Assembly: GCF_046119375.1 (NCBI RefSeq)
Contig: NW_027362765.1
Coordinates: forward strand, 531,278,001 to 531,342,000
DNA: 64,000 nucleotides
Direction: 5' to 3'
Origin: Phyllobates terribilis
Lineage: Eukaryota
Made by a program: the position numbers and the translations under genes. Position 1 is the stretch's first letter, and every line of letters begins with the position of its first letter. Below the pieces are notes generated by a model. It was not told the DNA's origin, did not search any database, and saw only the letters and a program-made list of their open reading frames with translations. This document shows, in pieces, positions 20,650 to 32,966 of this stretch.

Positions 20650-21275
20650 AGGCCCCGTCACACTAAGCGATATCGCTAGCGAGATCGCTGCTGTGTCACG
20701 GTTTTGGTGACTCACCAGCGACCTCACCAGCGATGTCGCTATGTGTGACACTTTGCAGCGATCAGGCCCCTGCTGTGAGGTCGCTGATCGTTGCAAAGTG
20801 TTCTGGACCATTTTTTGGTCGTTGGCCTCCCGCTGGCCAGCACACATCGCTGTGTGTGACCAGCGGGACCAACGATCTGGCTGGTAACCATGGTAAATAT
20901 CGGGTTACTAGGGGCACACGCGCACTTAGTAACCCGCTGTTTACCATAGATACCACTCTGCTACGGTGAGCGGAGGCTCCAGCGCACCGTAGCATAGTGG
21001 TATCCATGGTAAACAGCGGGTTACTAGGGGCACACGCGCACTTAGTAACCCGATATTTACCATAGTTACCAGCCTGCTCCTGCTTAAGCAGCAGGCTGGT
21101 AACGGGAGCAGGACATCGTGGAACGATTCTTTCCACGATATCGCTGCTCCCCTCATCGCTGGTGAGCCTGCCTGTTTGACAGCTCACCAGCGATGTATTA
21201 GCGATGCAGCAACGATCCCTGACAGGTCGTATCGTTGTCGGGATCGCTGCTGCATCGCTTAGTGTGACGGGGCCT
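20650..21275. mobile_element. PIF/Harbinger-type palindromic MITE
   Basis: TIR AGGCCCCGTCACACTAAGCGA; 3-bp TSD TTA; nested internal inverted repeats. Confidence 0.9.
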
Positions 21276-22092
21276 TTACACCCTCCACTTTGTATAAAGA
21301 GCACTGTTCCTTATCTTGATTGACAGTATTCACTGTGCAAGAGTGAGTGCTACCTAAACTCAATTCTATCTTTCTGCACATGCACACTGACACTGAACTA
21401 GCCCAGCAGCTTATTCATAGGCCCCAATTAATCAAGATCAGTGATTTTCTCAACAGGTGAAAGTCCATGGCAGACAGCTCCACCCCCTCTTCAACTCCTG
21501 ACCCAGCTGCTCCACTCCTCCCCCTGCCAGAGACTTTGCAGTGACGTAGAAATGTAGTTCTAGTGATGACTCCTGCAAGGCAAAGAGACTTCCTGTAGAG
21601 CTTAGAAGTATTCACCTCGTCTGTTTTTAATCATGTGATGTCATAGACCTAATGGAAAAGAGAATAATTAACTGGGTAAAAAGGCAAAATGAGCAATTGT
21701 AAGTACACATAATATGATGACTACAATATATTAAGAGGATAACAGAGGATGCGTAATGCCTGAAGAAGGAATCTGTCCTATTTCAAAATGCATACCCCTA
21801 TACATTTTAATAAAATATTTAAAGCCCTCACCTGTCACACAAGGTGTGGGAAAGACTTAGTGCAACACAGAGGGAAGAGGGAAAGGGAACCAGACACTAG
21901 GGAAAGAGGGGAGTGGAGACCACCTAGTCTGGTCTAGTGTCACCCTGTCTCAACTACAGTCCCTATATTGGCTCTTCACCAATCGCTGCACGCGTGCCTC
22001 GCCCTGACTTTCCCTGGCGTATGGCTAAGGCTAGGGAAGGAAGGAGATGAGCATTAGTCGATCTCCACTAAACTCTATAGACAACAAGAGTA

Positions 22093-23662
22093 CAGTCATG
22101 GCCAAAAGTTTTGAGAATGACACCAAAATTATATTTTCACATGATCTGCTGGCCTCTGGCTTTTATTAGTGTTTGTCTGATGTTTATATCACTTACAGAA
22201 ATATAATTGCAATCATATTATGAATACCAATAGGTTATATTGACAGTTAGAATGAGTTAATGCAGCAAGTCAATATTTGCAGTGTTACCCCTTCTTCTTC
22301 AAGACCTCTCTAATTCTCCCTGGCATGCTCTCAATCAACTTTTGGACCAAATCCTGACTGATAGCAGTCCTTTCTTGCATAATCAATGCTTGCATTTTGC
22401 CAGAATTTGTTGGTTTTTGTTTGTCCACCCGTCTCTTGATGATTGACCACAAGTTCTCAATGGGATTAAGATCTGGGGAGTTTCCAGGCCATGGACCCAA
22501 AATCTCTATGTTTTGTTCCATGAGCCATTTAGTTATCACCTTTGCTTTATGGCAAGGTGCTCCATCATGCTGAAAAAGGCATTGTTGGGCGCCAAACTGC
22601 TCTTGGACGGTTGGGAGAAGTTGCTCTTGGAGGACATTCTGGTACCATTCTTTATTCATGGCTGTGTTTTTAGGCAAGACTGTGAGTGAGACGATTCCCT
22701 TGGCTGAGAAGCAACCCCACACATGAATGGTTTCAGGATGCTTTACAGTTGGCATGAGACAAGACTGGTGGTAGCGCTCACCTCTTCTTCTCCGAATAAG
22801 CTGTTTTCCAGATGTCCCAAACAATCGAAAAGGGGATTCATCAGAGAAAATGACTTTGCCCCAGTCCTCAGCAGTCCACTCCCTGTACCTTTTGCAAAAT
22901 ATCAGTCGGCCCCTGATGTTTTTTCTGGAGAGAAGTGGCTACTTTGCTGCCCTCCTTGAAACCAGCCCTTGCTCAAAGAGTCTCCGCCTCACAGAGCGTG
23001 CAGAAGCACTCACACCAGCCTGCTGCCATTCCTGAGCAAGCTCGGCACTGCTGGTAGTCCGATCCCGCAGCTGAAACAGTTTTAAGATACAGTCCTGGCG
23101 CTTGCTGGTCTTTCTTGGGCGCCCTGGAGCCTTTTTGACAACAATGGAAGCTCTCTCCTTGATGTTCTTGATGATGCGATAGATTGTTGACTGAGGTGCA
23201 ATCTTTGTAGCTGCGATACTCTTCCCTGTTAGGCCATTTTTGTGCAGTGCAATGATGGCTGCACGTGTTTCTTTAGAGATAACCATGGTTAACTGAAGAG
23301 AAACAATGATACCAAGAACCAGCCTCCTTTTAAAGTGTCCAGTGATGTCATTCTTACTTAATCATGACTGATTGATCACCAGCCCTGTCCTCATCAACAC
23401 CCACACCTGTGTTAATGGATCAATCACTAAAACGATGTTAGCTGCTCCTTTTAAGGCAGGACTGCAATGATGTTGAAATGTGTTTTGGGGGTTAAAGTTC
23501 ATTTTCTGGGCAAATATTGACTTTGCAAGTACAGTAATTGCTGTTAAGCTGATCACTCTTTGACATTCAGGAGTATATGCAAATTGCCATTACAAAAAAT
23601 GAAGCAGTAAACTTTGGAAAAATTACTATTTGTCTCATTCTCAATACTTTTGGCCATGACTG
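22093..23662 (-). mobile_element. Tc1/mariner transposon, DD35E (Traveler-type), full length
   Basis: TA TSD; TIR CAGTCATGGCCAAAAGT; 1570 bp. Confidence 0.95.
22285..23286 (-). pseudogene. DD35E transposase with a single nonsense codon
   Basis: GRPR; FSDES; QHD-35 aa-E (SPDLNPIE); one in-frame TAG at 22939-22941, frame otherwise open. Confidence 0.92.
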
Positions 23663-24668
23663 TAGACAAACAAGGGGGAATTGCTTAGCTTTAGGCAACT
23701 CCAAACAAATGCGCACATGGCTTCAAGCTCCAGAGACGACAAAGTACTGCTCTTGCTAAAGCCTCACAAGTAGTAGTGAAGCACCTCCTTCTCAGACACA
23801 CCAGGTATTTATACACCCAGGCCAGGAAGCTAATTAGCAAGAGGGAGGTAGCCGCTGGGTCCTAGAGACAGCCAGCCTCTAAGAAGATGTCTGTAATGCC
23901 AAACGTAGAGATCTCCTGCAACCAACTGCAAGCCGATTGTCTATCACCTCTGACACACCCGTGACATCACCAATCACTCCATTGAAGTTTCTTCTCTGAA
24001 TCCCAGGGAACACCAAGGAATAGCCCACATTTTCCACTGTTATCTTGAATATACAGTACAGGCAATAGCTCTATCATTCATACATGACATGTAGGTGTTT
24101 GGGATCCAAACGCAATATCTGCAGGTTAGCATAACAATATTCTTGCTCTCTTCTATTTTGTTTTTAACTTTTAAGTACTTTTCCTACTTGTCCTAGATAT
24201 ATAGGGATTGTCAAGAAAACAGTTTGCAAGAAAGTTAGTCTACTCCTTTGTTCCACCTGTTATAATTCTTTGACTACTTTTATTTACCAACTTAAGTGAA
24301 TCACTCAGTGGACTTGGAGGAGAATGAGTTATACTTCAGAACTGTTTGTATTTTTTCTGACTGTACATTTAAATGTAAATGTTGGATCAAATAAAAGAAG
24401 AGCTGACATTCAGGTAAGGTATTCACAATGAAGTAAAGCGTCCTCTGAAGTTCTGATGATACATACTTAACCTCTAACCAGAGGCGAGAGTGTCCTCCAT
24501 GACTACAAAACTAGTGTTTAGAGTAATTGAGGTTTCCAAGCAATCTGTACAGATAAAATAAGACGGAATAAAACGCACACAGATCCTTGTGTGTGTTTTT
24601 ATTATTATTATTTCTGATTAAAGAGGAATTCATTTCATCTCTGCCTCCTGCCAGGGGCTGAGGTGCCG

Positions 24669-24808
24669 NNNNNNNNNNNNNNNNNNNNNNNNNNNNNNNN
24701 NNNNNNNNNNNNNNNNNNNNNNNNNNNNNNNNNNNNNNNNNNNNNNNNNNNNNNNNNNNNNNNNNNNNNNNNNNNNNNNNNNNNNNNNNNNNNNNNNNNN
24801 NNNNNNNN
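24669..24808. other. Assembly gap (140 N)
   Basis: Run of N. Confidence 1.
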
Positions 24809-26445
24809 GGAGCTATAAAATTCAACATTAAAATCTTCTGCAGCCTGGATAACCTAGTTAACAAATATTGTGTGGGGGGGACTACTTTTCTTCACTGCTG
24901 GGGGAGCCATACTGAAAGTAGTTCTGTAACTTCAGGATCCTATGTGCTCATGTGGATTCTTTTACCAAATATTTAGTTTTACGGTTTATTCCAGCTGTTC
25001 TGGATAATTGAATCATGTCTTTTTCTTCATTCCTTCATTGCATAAAGATGACACAAAACCAACCACCTGTTACATTTTTTTGCCACAGCTGTCTATACAT
25101 ATAATCACAGGTTAGACCAGGGGTGTAGCTAAAAGTAGTATAGATAGTGATGTAAAATTAGTATAAATGCCAAATAGTGGTTGGGGTGGTCCTATAAAGG
25201 AACTTTTAGCTTGTTGACTGCCAAGGAAGGTGGAGCATTGCCCTTTAATCAGCACATAGCATGATTTAGAGAGATTGGCCTCCTGCATTTTTATTATTGA
25301 TATAAGAACACTGATAAGCTGTGAGGAGAAAAGAGACCCCTAGTGGTGGAGAGAAGTGGGGAAAAAGAAAGGGCTGCAACTGGAAGCCACCTACTATGTA
25401 GCAAAGTCTGACAGGGGCCCAGAGAGGAAGATGTCCGGCATCAGCCAGAGAACAGTGTTTGCTCACAATGATCAGTAGTATTCGATTGAAGGGGTTAAAT
25501 TATAATTTTCTCTGTAGGGATGATAAATTGGGGTCGCAGCATGACAGGTGAATGGGGATGGTTTGATAAGGCATATGATTGGAGTCCAATGACAATATGT
25601 CTAGCGGTTAGCACAGTGGGGATGACAGGGTGGTCTTACTATTGCATTATATTTTTGCAATCCCCCACAAGGTTCCAGAGATATGGGCCTATTTATTTAG
25701 TGCTAAATTTTATGGTATTTACAGGGTGGCATGGCTCACATGATTCTCTGGGGGCAAGCCTTTAGGCTGCTCTCCAATTGTTACCCTGTGTGCAATGCCC
25801 CCTTGGTAAAGACCATAACAATTAACACTGAATAAAAAGACTCATATCTCTGGTACCATATGGCTGATTTTAAGAACAAAATACTCAGTACAGCTGGAAT
25901 AAAATAATGCCAAAACTGACCATTTTTGACCTGGTGATAGGAGCTTGAAAGGACCTTAAAGGGGATGGATACAGTCCTAGGAGACCTCAAAGTATTATAA
26001 AAATATCTTCAGGGCAAATGGTGTACCTGTCATTAGCGGCAAATTAATTTGTCACAAAACAAATCATTTTGCAAAAAATATGCCGAAGCTGGCGAATTTG
26101 AATTTAAAAAGTTTTGATCATCTCTAGTATGTACAGTTGAAACCAGAAGTTTACATACACTATATAAAAAGACACATACTCATGTTTTTCTCAATATCTG
26201 ACATGAAATCAGAATAAACTTTTCCCGTTTTAGGTCAATTAGGATTACCATAATTTTTAATATTTGCCAATTGTCAGAATAATGAGAGAGAGAGAATGTT
26301 TTAAGGCATTTTTGGACTGCCCATATGATGATGTCATGTGTTTGGAACCTTCTGATAGTTTTTTTTGCAACATCTGAGTTAATTAGAGACACACCTGTGG
26401 ATGTATTTTAATGCACACCTGAAACACACTTCTTTGTGTAACATC

Positions 26446-27464
26446 ATGGGAAAGTCTAAAGAAATCAGCCAAGATATCAGAGAATTGTGGACTTGCACAA
26501 GTCTGGCTCATACTTGGGTGCAATTTCAAGATACCTGAAGGTGCCTCGTTCATCTGTACAAACAATTACATGCAAGTACAAGCTAGATGGGAATGTCCAG
26601 CCATCATACTGGTCAGGAAGGAGATGGGTTCTGTGTCCCAGAGATGAACGTGCTTTGGTTCGACATGTGCATATAAACCGAAGGACAAAAGCAAAAGACC
26701 TTGTGAAGATGATGCCGGAAGCTGGTAAGATTGTGTCAATATCCATAGTGAAACGAGTACTGCATCAACATGGACTGAAAGGCCACTCTGCCACAAAGAA
26801 GCCATTTCTCCAAAAGAAACATAAAAAAGCCTGATTAATGTTTGCAAATGCACACAGGAACAAAGACCTTAATTTTTGGAGACATGTCCTGTGGTCTGAT
26901 AAATCTCAAATTGAACTTTTTGGGCATAATGACCATCATTACATTTGGAGGAAAAAGGGAGAAACTTGGAAGCATAAGAACACCATCCCAACTGTGAAAC
27001 ACGGGGGTGGCAGCATCATGTTGTGGGGTTGTTTTTCTACAGGAGGGACTGGTGCATTTCACAAAATTGATGGCATCATGAGAAAAGAAGATTATGTGGC
27101 AATACTGAAGCAACATCTCGAGACATCAGCCAGGAAGTTAAAGCTTGGGCGGAAATGGGTCTTCCAAATGGACAATGACCGGAAGCATACTGCCAAAATG
27201 GTAACAAAGTGGCTTAAGGATAACAAAGTCAATGTTTTGGAGTGGTCATCACAAAGCCCTGATCTCAATCCTATTGAAAATTTATGGGCAAAGCTGAAAA
27301 GGCAGGTGCAAGCAAGGCGACCTAAAAACCTGGATCAGTTACACCAGTTTTGTCAGGAGGAATGGGCCAAAATTCTGACCAATTATTGTGAGAAGCTTGT
27401 GGAAGGGTCTCCCAAACGTTTGACCCCAGTCATTCAGTTTAAGGGCAATGGTACCAAATACTAA
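26446..27464 (+). pseudogene. SB-family DD34E transposase
   Basis: MGKSKEISQD..., KVPRSSVQTI, KNTIPTVKHGGGSIMLWGCF, QMDND...SPDLNPIE, KGNGTKY; frameshift near 26478 and TGA at 26832-26834. Confidence 0.92.
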
Positions 27465-27488
27465 TGAAATGTATGTAAACTTTTGACT

Positions 27489-27773
27489 TAATAATAATCT
27501 TTTTATTTATATAGTGCCAGCATATTAGGCATCGCTTTACAATTCAGACAATTTACAGACATTAGGGGCACTGTCCCCATTGGGGCTCACAATCTAGATT
27601 CCTTATCAGTATGTCTTTGGAGTGTGGGAGGAAACCAGAGAACCCAGAGGAAACCCACACAAACACAGGGAGAACATACAAACTCCTTGCAGATGTTGTC
27701 CTTGGTGGGATTTGAACCCAGGACCCCAGCACTGAAAGGCTGCAGTGCTAACCACTGAGCCACCGTGCTGCCC
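27489..27773 (-). mobile_element. tRNA-derived SINE (V-SINE type)
   Basis: Head GGGCAGCACGGTGGCTCAGTGGTTAGC...GGGTTCAAATCCC (A/B boxes), central GTATGTTCTCCC...GGGTTTCCTC...CTCCCAC domain, (ATT)n tail. Confidence 0.88.
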
Positions 27774-27951
27774 AACTTTGCAGTAAGTAATAAAAATGCC
27801 TTAAAACATTCTCTCTCTCTCATTATTCTGGCATTTGGCAAATATTAAAAATTATGGTAATCCTAATTGACCTTAAACAGGAAAGGTTTATTCTGATTTC
27901 ATGTCAGATATTGAGAAAAACATGCATATGTGTCTTTTTATATAGTGTATG

Positions 27952-28442
27952 TGTTATGTTCTGCAACTTAAAACTAAGGAATAGGAGGGAAAAGCTGTCC
28001 TTGCACTGAGACTCAGCTTTACCCTACGCTGGGGTGGGTGCCCTATTCCTTATGAATAGCCCCACCGAAACTCCTGCACTGAACTCAAACGAAGACCTGT
28101 AGGTAAGGGAAAGGGGTCCCTAAAAGATCTAAGGACTGGGAGCAAAAGCAGGAGACCTCCTAACAGAAAAGTTAGTTGCAGAAACGAAAATTAAAGGAAA
28201 CAAAACTGGTGGAACAAGAAGTCCCAGGATAACAATAGTCCAAAGCAAGAACAACTAAACCAGGTTACTTAGCCAGAGCACGAGCGTTACAACACTGATG
28301 TCTAGCAGGGAATGGGGGCCAGGTGCTGGGTAATAAAGAGTGCAGAGATCATGTGACCAAGAAACCCAGCACCAGAGGAAAAGACTAGAAGCCAGCAAAC
28401 CACAACAAGATGGCCGATAGTAAAACAACATAGATTCTAACA
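27952..28442 (-). mobile_element. Solo LTR related to the sushi-type LTRs
   Basis: Minus strand TGTTAGAATC...GCAGAACATAACA; exact 5-bp TSD GTATG. Confidence 0.88.
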
Positions 28443-29628
28443 GTATGTAAACTTCTGGTTTCAACTGTAAATAGCATTTAAATCATGTCTGGCTGGCTTA
28501 GTGGAGTAGCGGCTACAGGGAGAAAATGAAGTTTTATTCTCCCTGCATCTGCCTCTTTCAAGTCATTTGGGGCAATGTAAAGAGTTGCTAGTCACCCCTT
28601 ACTACACAGTGAGTGAGCTGTAGCCCCCCTGGCACTTTTTATATAGTGTATGTAAACTTCTGGTTTCAACTGTATGTACAATGTGAGTGACATATGTGTG
28701 CATCATGTATGTAATGTTAGTAGCTGTGCGTCATTTACCTAAATATGTGAGTGACATGTGTGCATCCTGAATGTAATCTGTGAGTGATGTGTATCATGTA
28801 TGTAATGTGTGAGAGATGTGCTTCATGAATAAAATCTATGAGTTATGTGTGTCATATATGTAATGTATGAGTGACATTTTTGTTGTTTATATAAGGTGTG
28901 ACTGATGTGTGTCATGTATCTAGTAAGTGAGTGATGTATAAATAAAGGCATCTACTCTGTTAATGTAAATGGAATGATTCCTATTATGTGAGGGAACAGG
29001 TGAGACCCAAATTTAGCCCTTATGTGCATTACATACCTCTATTTAACTGTATTTATGTTAGTAACCTTTATATGAGCCACATTAGTTAATAGTGGTACAT
29101 GATAGGGTTGCATTCATATTATTAGGTTATATTCACATCTTCAGGATTTGTTTTGTACTTGTGCAGTTTACATATAGCAAATCAACTTAAGGTATAATTC
29201 AAGTAAATGGCGTTTTTTAAACCACATCCACATGTCGTGGAAAAAAATCTACATGAAAATGAGAGCATTCAATGAATCTTCAAACATGGAGCATGTTCAT
29301 TCCCCTTAGTATTTTAACCTTTTACAATGTTTTGCAATACAGTAGAGTGAAATCTGCACAAAAATCCACACGTAATAAAAATGCAAATTTTGTTACGGTT
29401 TCTTTGCAGATTTGTCATGGACTTGGGCCCACTTTTGATGGAATGTTGTCCAGTTCCCTAAACATTCTCCTCTCATCAGAGGCCAAGTTTTAGAGGGAAC
29501 ATTGGTAGACTCCCCATTTTGCTATTGTAATATACAGGGTGGCGAGTTGCGGGGGAAGATACCAGTATGTCAACCAGCATTTTTGCAGACGATGAAGTGG
29601 GAGGTGAGTTGGAGGCACTTGGCATTTA

Positions 29629-30973
29629 CAGTGGCATGTAAAAGTTTGGGCACCCAGTTTAATGGGGCTATATAAGTGAGTAAAATAAGGCCTAAAGTTA
29701 AAGATGACACATTTCCTTTGTATTTTAGGCAAAACTTATATATATATTTTCATCTTTTACATTTTAAAAATGACAAAAAGGAAAATGGGCCTATGAAAAA
29801 GTTTGGGCACCCTGCATAGGTAGTATCTGGTAGCACCCCCTTTTGAAAATATAACAGCTTGTAAATGCTTTTTGTAGCCAGCCAAGAGTCTTTCAATTCT
29901 TGTTTGAGGGATTTTCATCCAGTCTTCCAGTTCTGTGAGATTCCAGGGTCGTATTGCATGCACAGCTAATTTTAGGTCCAGCCACAGATTTTCAATGATG
30001 TTCAGATCAGGGGACTGTGAGGGCCATTGTAAAATCTTCAGCTTGCGCCTTTTGAGGTAGTCTATTGTCGATGTTGATGTCTGTTTAGGATCATTATCCA
30101 TTTGTAGAAGCCATCCTCTTTTCAACTTCAACTTTTTTACAGATGGTGTTAAGTTTGCATTAAGAATTTGTTGAAATTTCATTGAATCCATTCTTCCCTT
30201 TTGCCTGAAGCACAACCTCAAAGCATGATTGATCCACCCCATGCTTAATGGTTGGCGAGATGTTCTTTTCCTGAAATTCTGTGCCCTTTTTTCTCCACAC
30301 ATACCTTTGATCAATATGGCCAAAGAGTTCTATTTTAACCTCATTGGTCCACAGAACTTGTTTCCAAAATGCATCAGACTTGTTTAGATGTTGTTTTGCA
30401 TACTTCTGATGCTGAATTTTATGGCGAGGACACAGGAGAGGTTTTCTTCTGATGACTCTTCCATGAAGGCCATGTTTGTGCAGGTGTCTCTGAACAGTAG
30501 AACAATGTACCACAACACCAGAGTCTGCTAAATCTTTCTGAAGGTCTTTTGCAGTCTGATTTGCCTCTCTAGCAATCCTACCAGCATCTCTCACTGAAAT
30601 TTTGCTTGATCTTCCAGACCTTTTATTAACCTCCACTGTTCCTGTTAGCGACCATTCCTTAATTACATTTTGAACTGAGGAAAGGACATCTTGAAAACAC
30701 TTTGCTATCTTTTTATAGCCTTATCATGCTTTGTGGCTTGCCACCATTTTCATTTACAGAGTGCTAGTCAGCTGCTTAGAAGAACCCATGGCTGCTGCTT
30801 TTTGGCACAAGGTTAGAAGAGGCTGGGTTTTTGTAAAGCTGGGAAATTTGCATCACCTGGCCTTTCCCAATGATGATAGTGAACAAACCATAACCCTAAC
30901 AGGCTAATTAAGGTCTGAAACCTTGGTCAAAGTTTTCTGAGCACAAGGGTGCCCAAACTTTGACATGCCACTG
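29629..30973 (-). mobile_element. Degenerate DD34E Tc1 (Frog Prince/Passport-like), partly deleted
   Basis: TIR CAGTGGCATGT(A)AAAGTTTGGGCACCC at both ends; internal DR at ~29798; TA on the left only. Confidence 0.85.
29822..30789 (-). pseudogene. Tc1 transposase pseudogene
   Basis: GLHGRVIRRKPLL, VLWTNEVKIELFG, QMDNDPK...WPSQSPDLNIIE, KGGATRY; several stops, frameshifts and deletions. Confidence 0.88.
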
Positions 30974-32966
30974 AATGTGTATTTTATTGAGCAGTGTGCT
31001 CATGGCACTGACTTTGCTGCAGATTATTGTGGTCACTGCAGAGCATCGCAGAGGAAAAGGTGTTGAAGTCGAGAGAAGGTAAGCACTCATATAACTGAAG
31101 ACACAGAAAGTTGTTACTATAGACTGGAAGTTAGGGGGGCTTACAGAGTGAGGTGTAGTGTGGGACTATATGGAAGGGGAACAATGTGGCATCATAGGCG
31201 ATATTGAGAGATGGTAGCATAGGATGATCAGTATGGTGAGTCAGTAGCCTGGGGGCTCAATATGGAGAAGGGGGCAGCATGGGGGTCTCAGAATGGGAAG
31301 AGGCAGTGTGGGGAGCTCAGTATGGAGAATGAGCAGCATTTGGGGTTTAGTGTGGAGTAGGGGCAGTATGGTGGCTTAGTATAGAGAAGGGGCAACATGA
31401 GGGGCTCAGCATTGATAAGGGGCAGCTGGGGTGGCTATGTATGGAGAAGGGGGAGCATGGTAGGCTTATTGTGGAGAAGAATAGCGATGGGGGCTCAGTA
31501 TGGAGAAGGAGCAGTGCTGAAGGCTTAGTATGGAAAAGAGACAGCATGGAGGGCTCAGTATAGAGAATGGGCAGCATGAGATTAAGTATGGAGAAGGGGA
31601 AGCATGGGGCTCAGTATGTAAAAAGGGCATCATGGTGGGCTCATTGTGGAGAGGGGACACTGTGAGGGGGTCAGTATGGAGAAAGGTCAGTATGTGGGTC
31701 TTAGTATGGAGAACGGACAGCATGGGTGTCCTCAATGTGGAAAAGGGACAGTGATGAGGATTCAATATGGAGACTGGGCAGCGTGGGAGGCTCAGTATTG
31801 AAAACATTCAACATAAGGTATCATTATGGAGAATGGGCAGCATGGGGAGCTTAATATGGAAAAGGGGTAGCATAGAGGGCACAATATCAAGAATGGCAGG
31901 ATTGGGCTTAGTATAAAGAAGAAGCAGCAGTAGAGGCTCATTCTGGAGAAGGGGCAGTGCAGGGGACTCAGTATGGAGAAGGGGGAGAACGGGGACAGAG
32001 TATGTAGAAGGAGTAGCATGGGACACTCAATATGGAGAATAGGCATCATGTGGGGCTCATTATGGAGAAAAGGCAGTATTGGATAATCAGTATGGACTAG
32101 GGCCAGTATGAGAAACTTAGTGTGGAGAAAGGGCAGCACAGTGGGCTCATTGTCGAAAAGAGCTCAGTATAGAAAAGGGGCAGCTTTGGGGGGCTAAGTA
32201 TGGAGAAGGGAAATCATGGGGAGCTCAGTATGGAAAATGGGCAGCAAGGTAAAGGATCAGTGTTGGGGGGTCCAGTATGGAGAAAAAGCATCATTGGAGG
32301 CTCAGTATGGAGAAGGGAAAGCATGGGGGGCTCAGTATGGTGAAGGGGAAATATGGGTGGCTTAGTATTGAGAAGAGTTGCCATGGGGAGCTTAATATGG
32401 AGAAGGGGTAGCATGAGAGTTCAGACTAGAGAAGGGAAAGCATAGAGGCTGATTATTTATAAGGGGCACTGTGAAAGGTGATGTATGGGGGCAACATAGA
32501 GGGTCTTAGTATGAAGAAGGGGTTCCTTGGGGGCTCAGTATGGAGAGAGAGCAGTATATGTGGCTCAGTATGGAAAATGGGCAATATGATGGGCCCAATA
32601 TAGAGAAGGAGCAGCATAGAGGGGCTCAGTTTGGAAAATGGGCAGCTTGGGTGGCTCAGTATGGGAAGGGGCAGTATGAGGTTTTATTATGGAGAAGGTG
32701 CAGTGTGGGAGGCTCAGTAGGTGAAGGGGCAGCTTGGAGGTGCCAATATAATGAGGGAGCAGCATAGGAGGCTCGGTATGGAGAAGGGGCAGTGTTGGGG
32801 GCTCAGTATTGAAATGGGACAGCGTCGAGGGCTCGGTGGGGAAAGGAAGAGAGGGCAACATTGAAGACTTAATATGTAAAGTTGGCAACATTGTCAAGAG
32901 GGCCCAGAATGGAGAAGGGGCAGCATGCAGGTCTCAGAATAGAGAAAGGGCAGCATGAGCTCTTGG

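Larger units (their letters stand above)
21833..23966 (-). mobile_element. Solo LTR interrupted by a Tc1 element
   Basis: TGTCAC...GTGACA termini; exact 5-bp TSD TCACC. Confidence 0.85.
26134..28467 (+). mobile_element. Sleeping Beauty-like IR/DR Tc1 transposon with two insertions in the right IR
   Basis: TA flanks; TIR CAGTTGAAACCAGAAGTTTACATAC (SB: CAGTTGAAGTCGGAAGTTTACATAC). Confidence 0.93.

Noticed and set aside
20763-21304. 180-aa ORF in the Harbinger MITE
   Set aside because: Stop-poor palindromic GC-rich DNA; no transposase or Myb motifs
24511-24864. 117-aa ORF spanning the N run
   Set aside because: Artefact of the assembly gap
27700-27773. tRNA-like sequence
   Set aside because: It is the SINE head, not a complete cloverleaf tRNA gene
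31347-32897. Multiple HTEPP/SILS-repeat ORFs on both strands
   Set aside because: Translations of the 30-bp minisatellite; no domain
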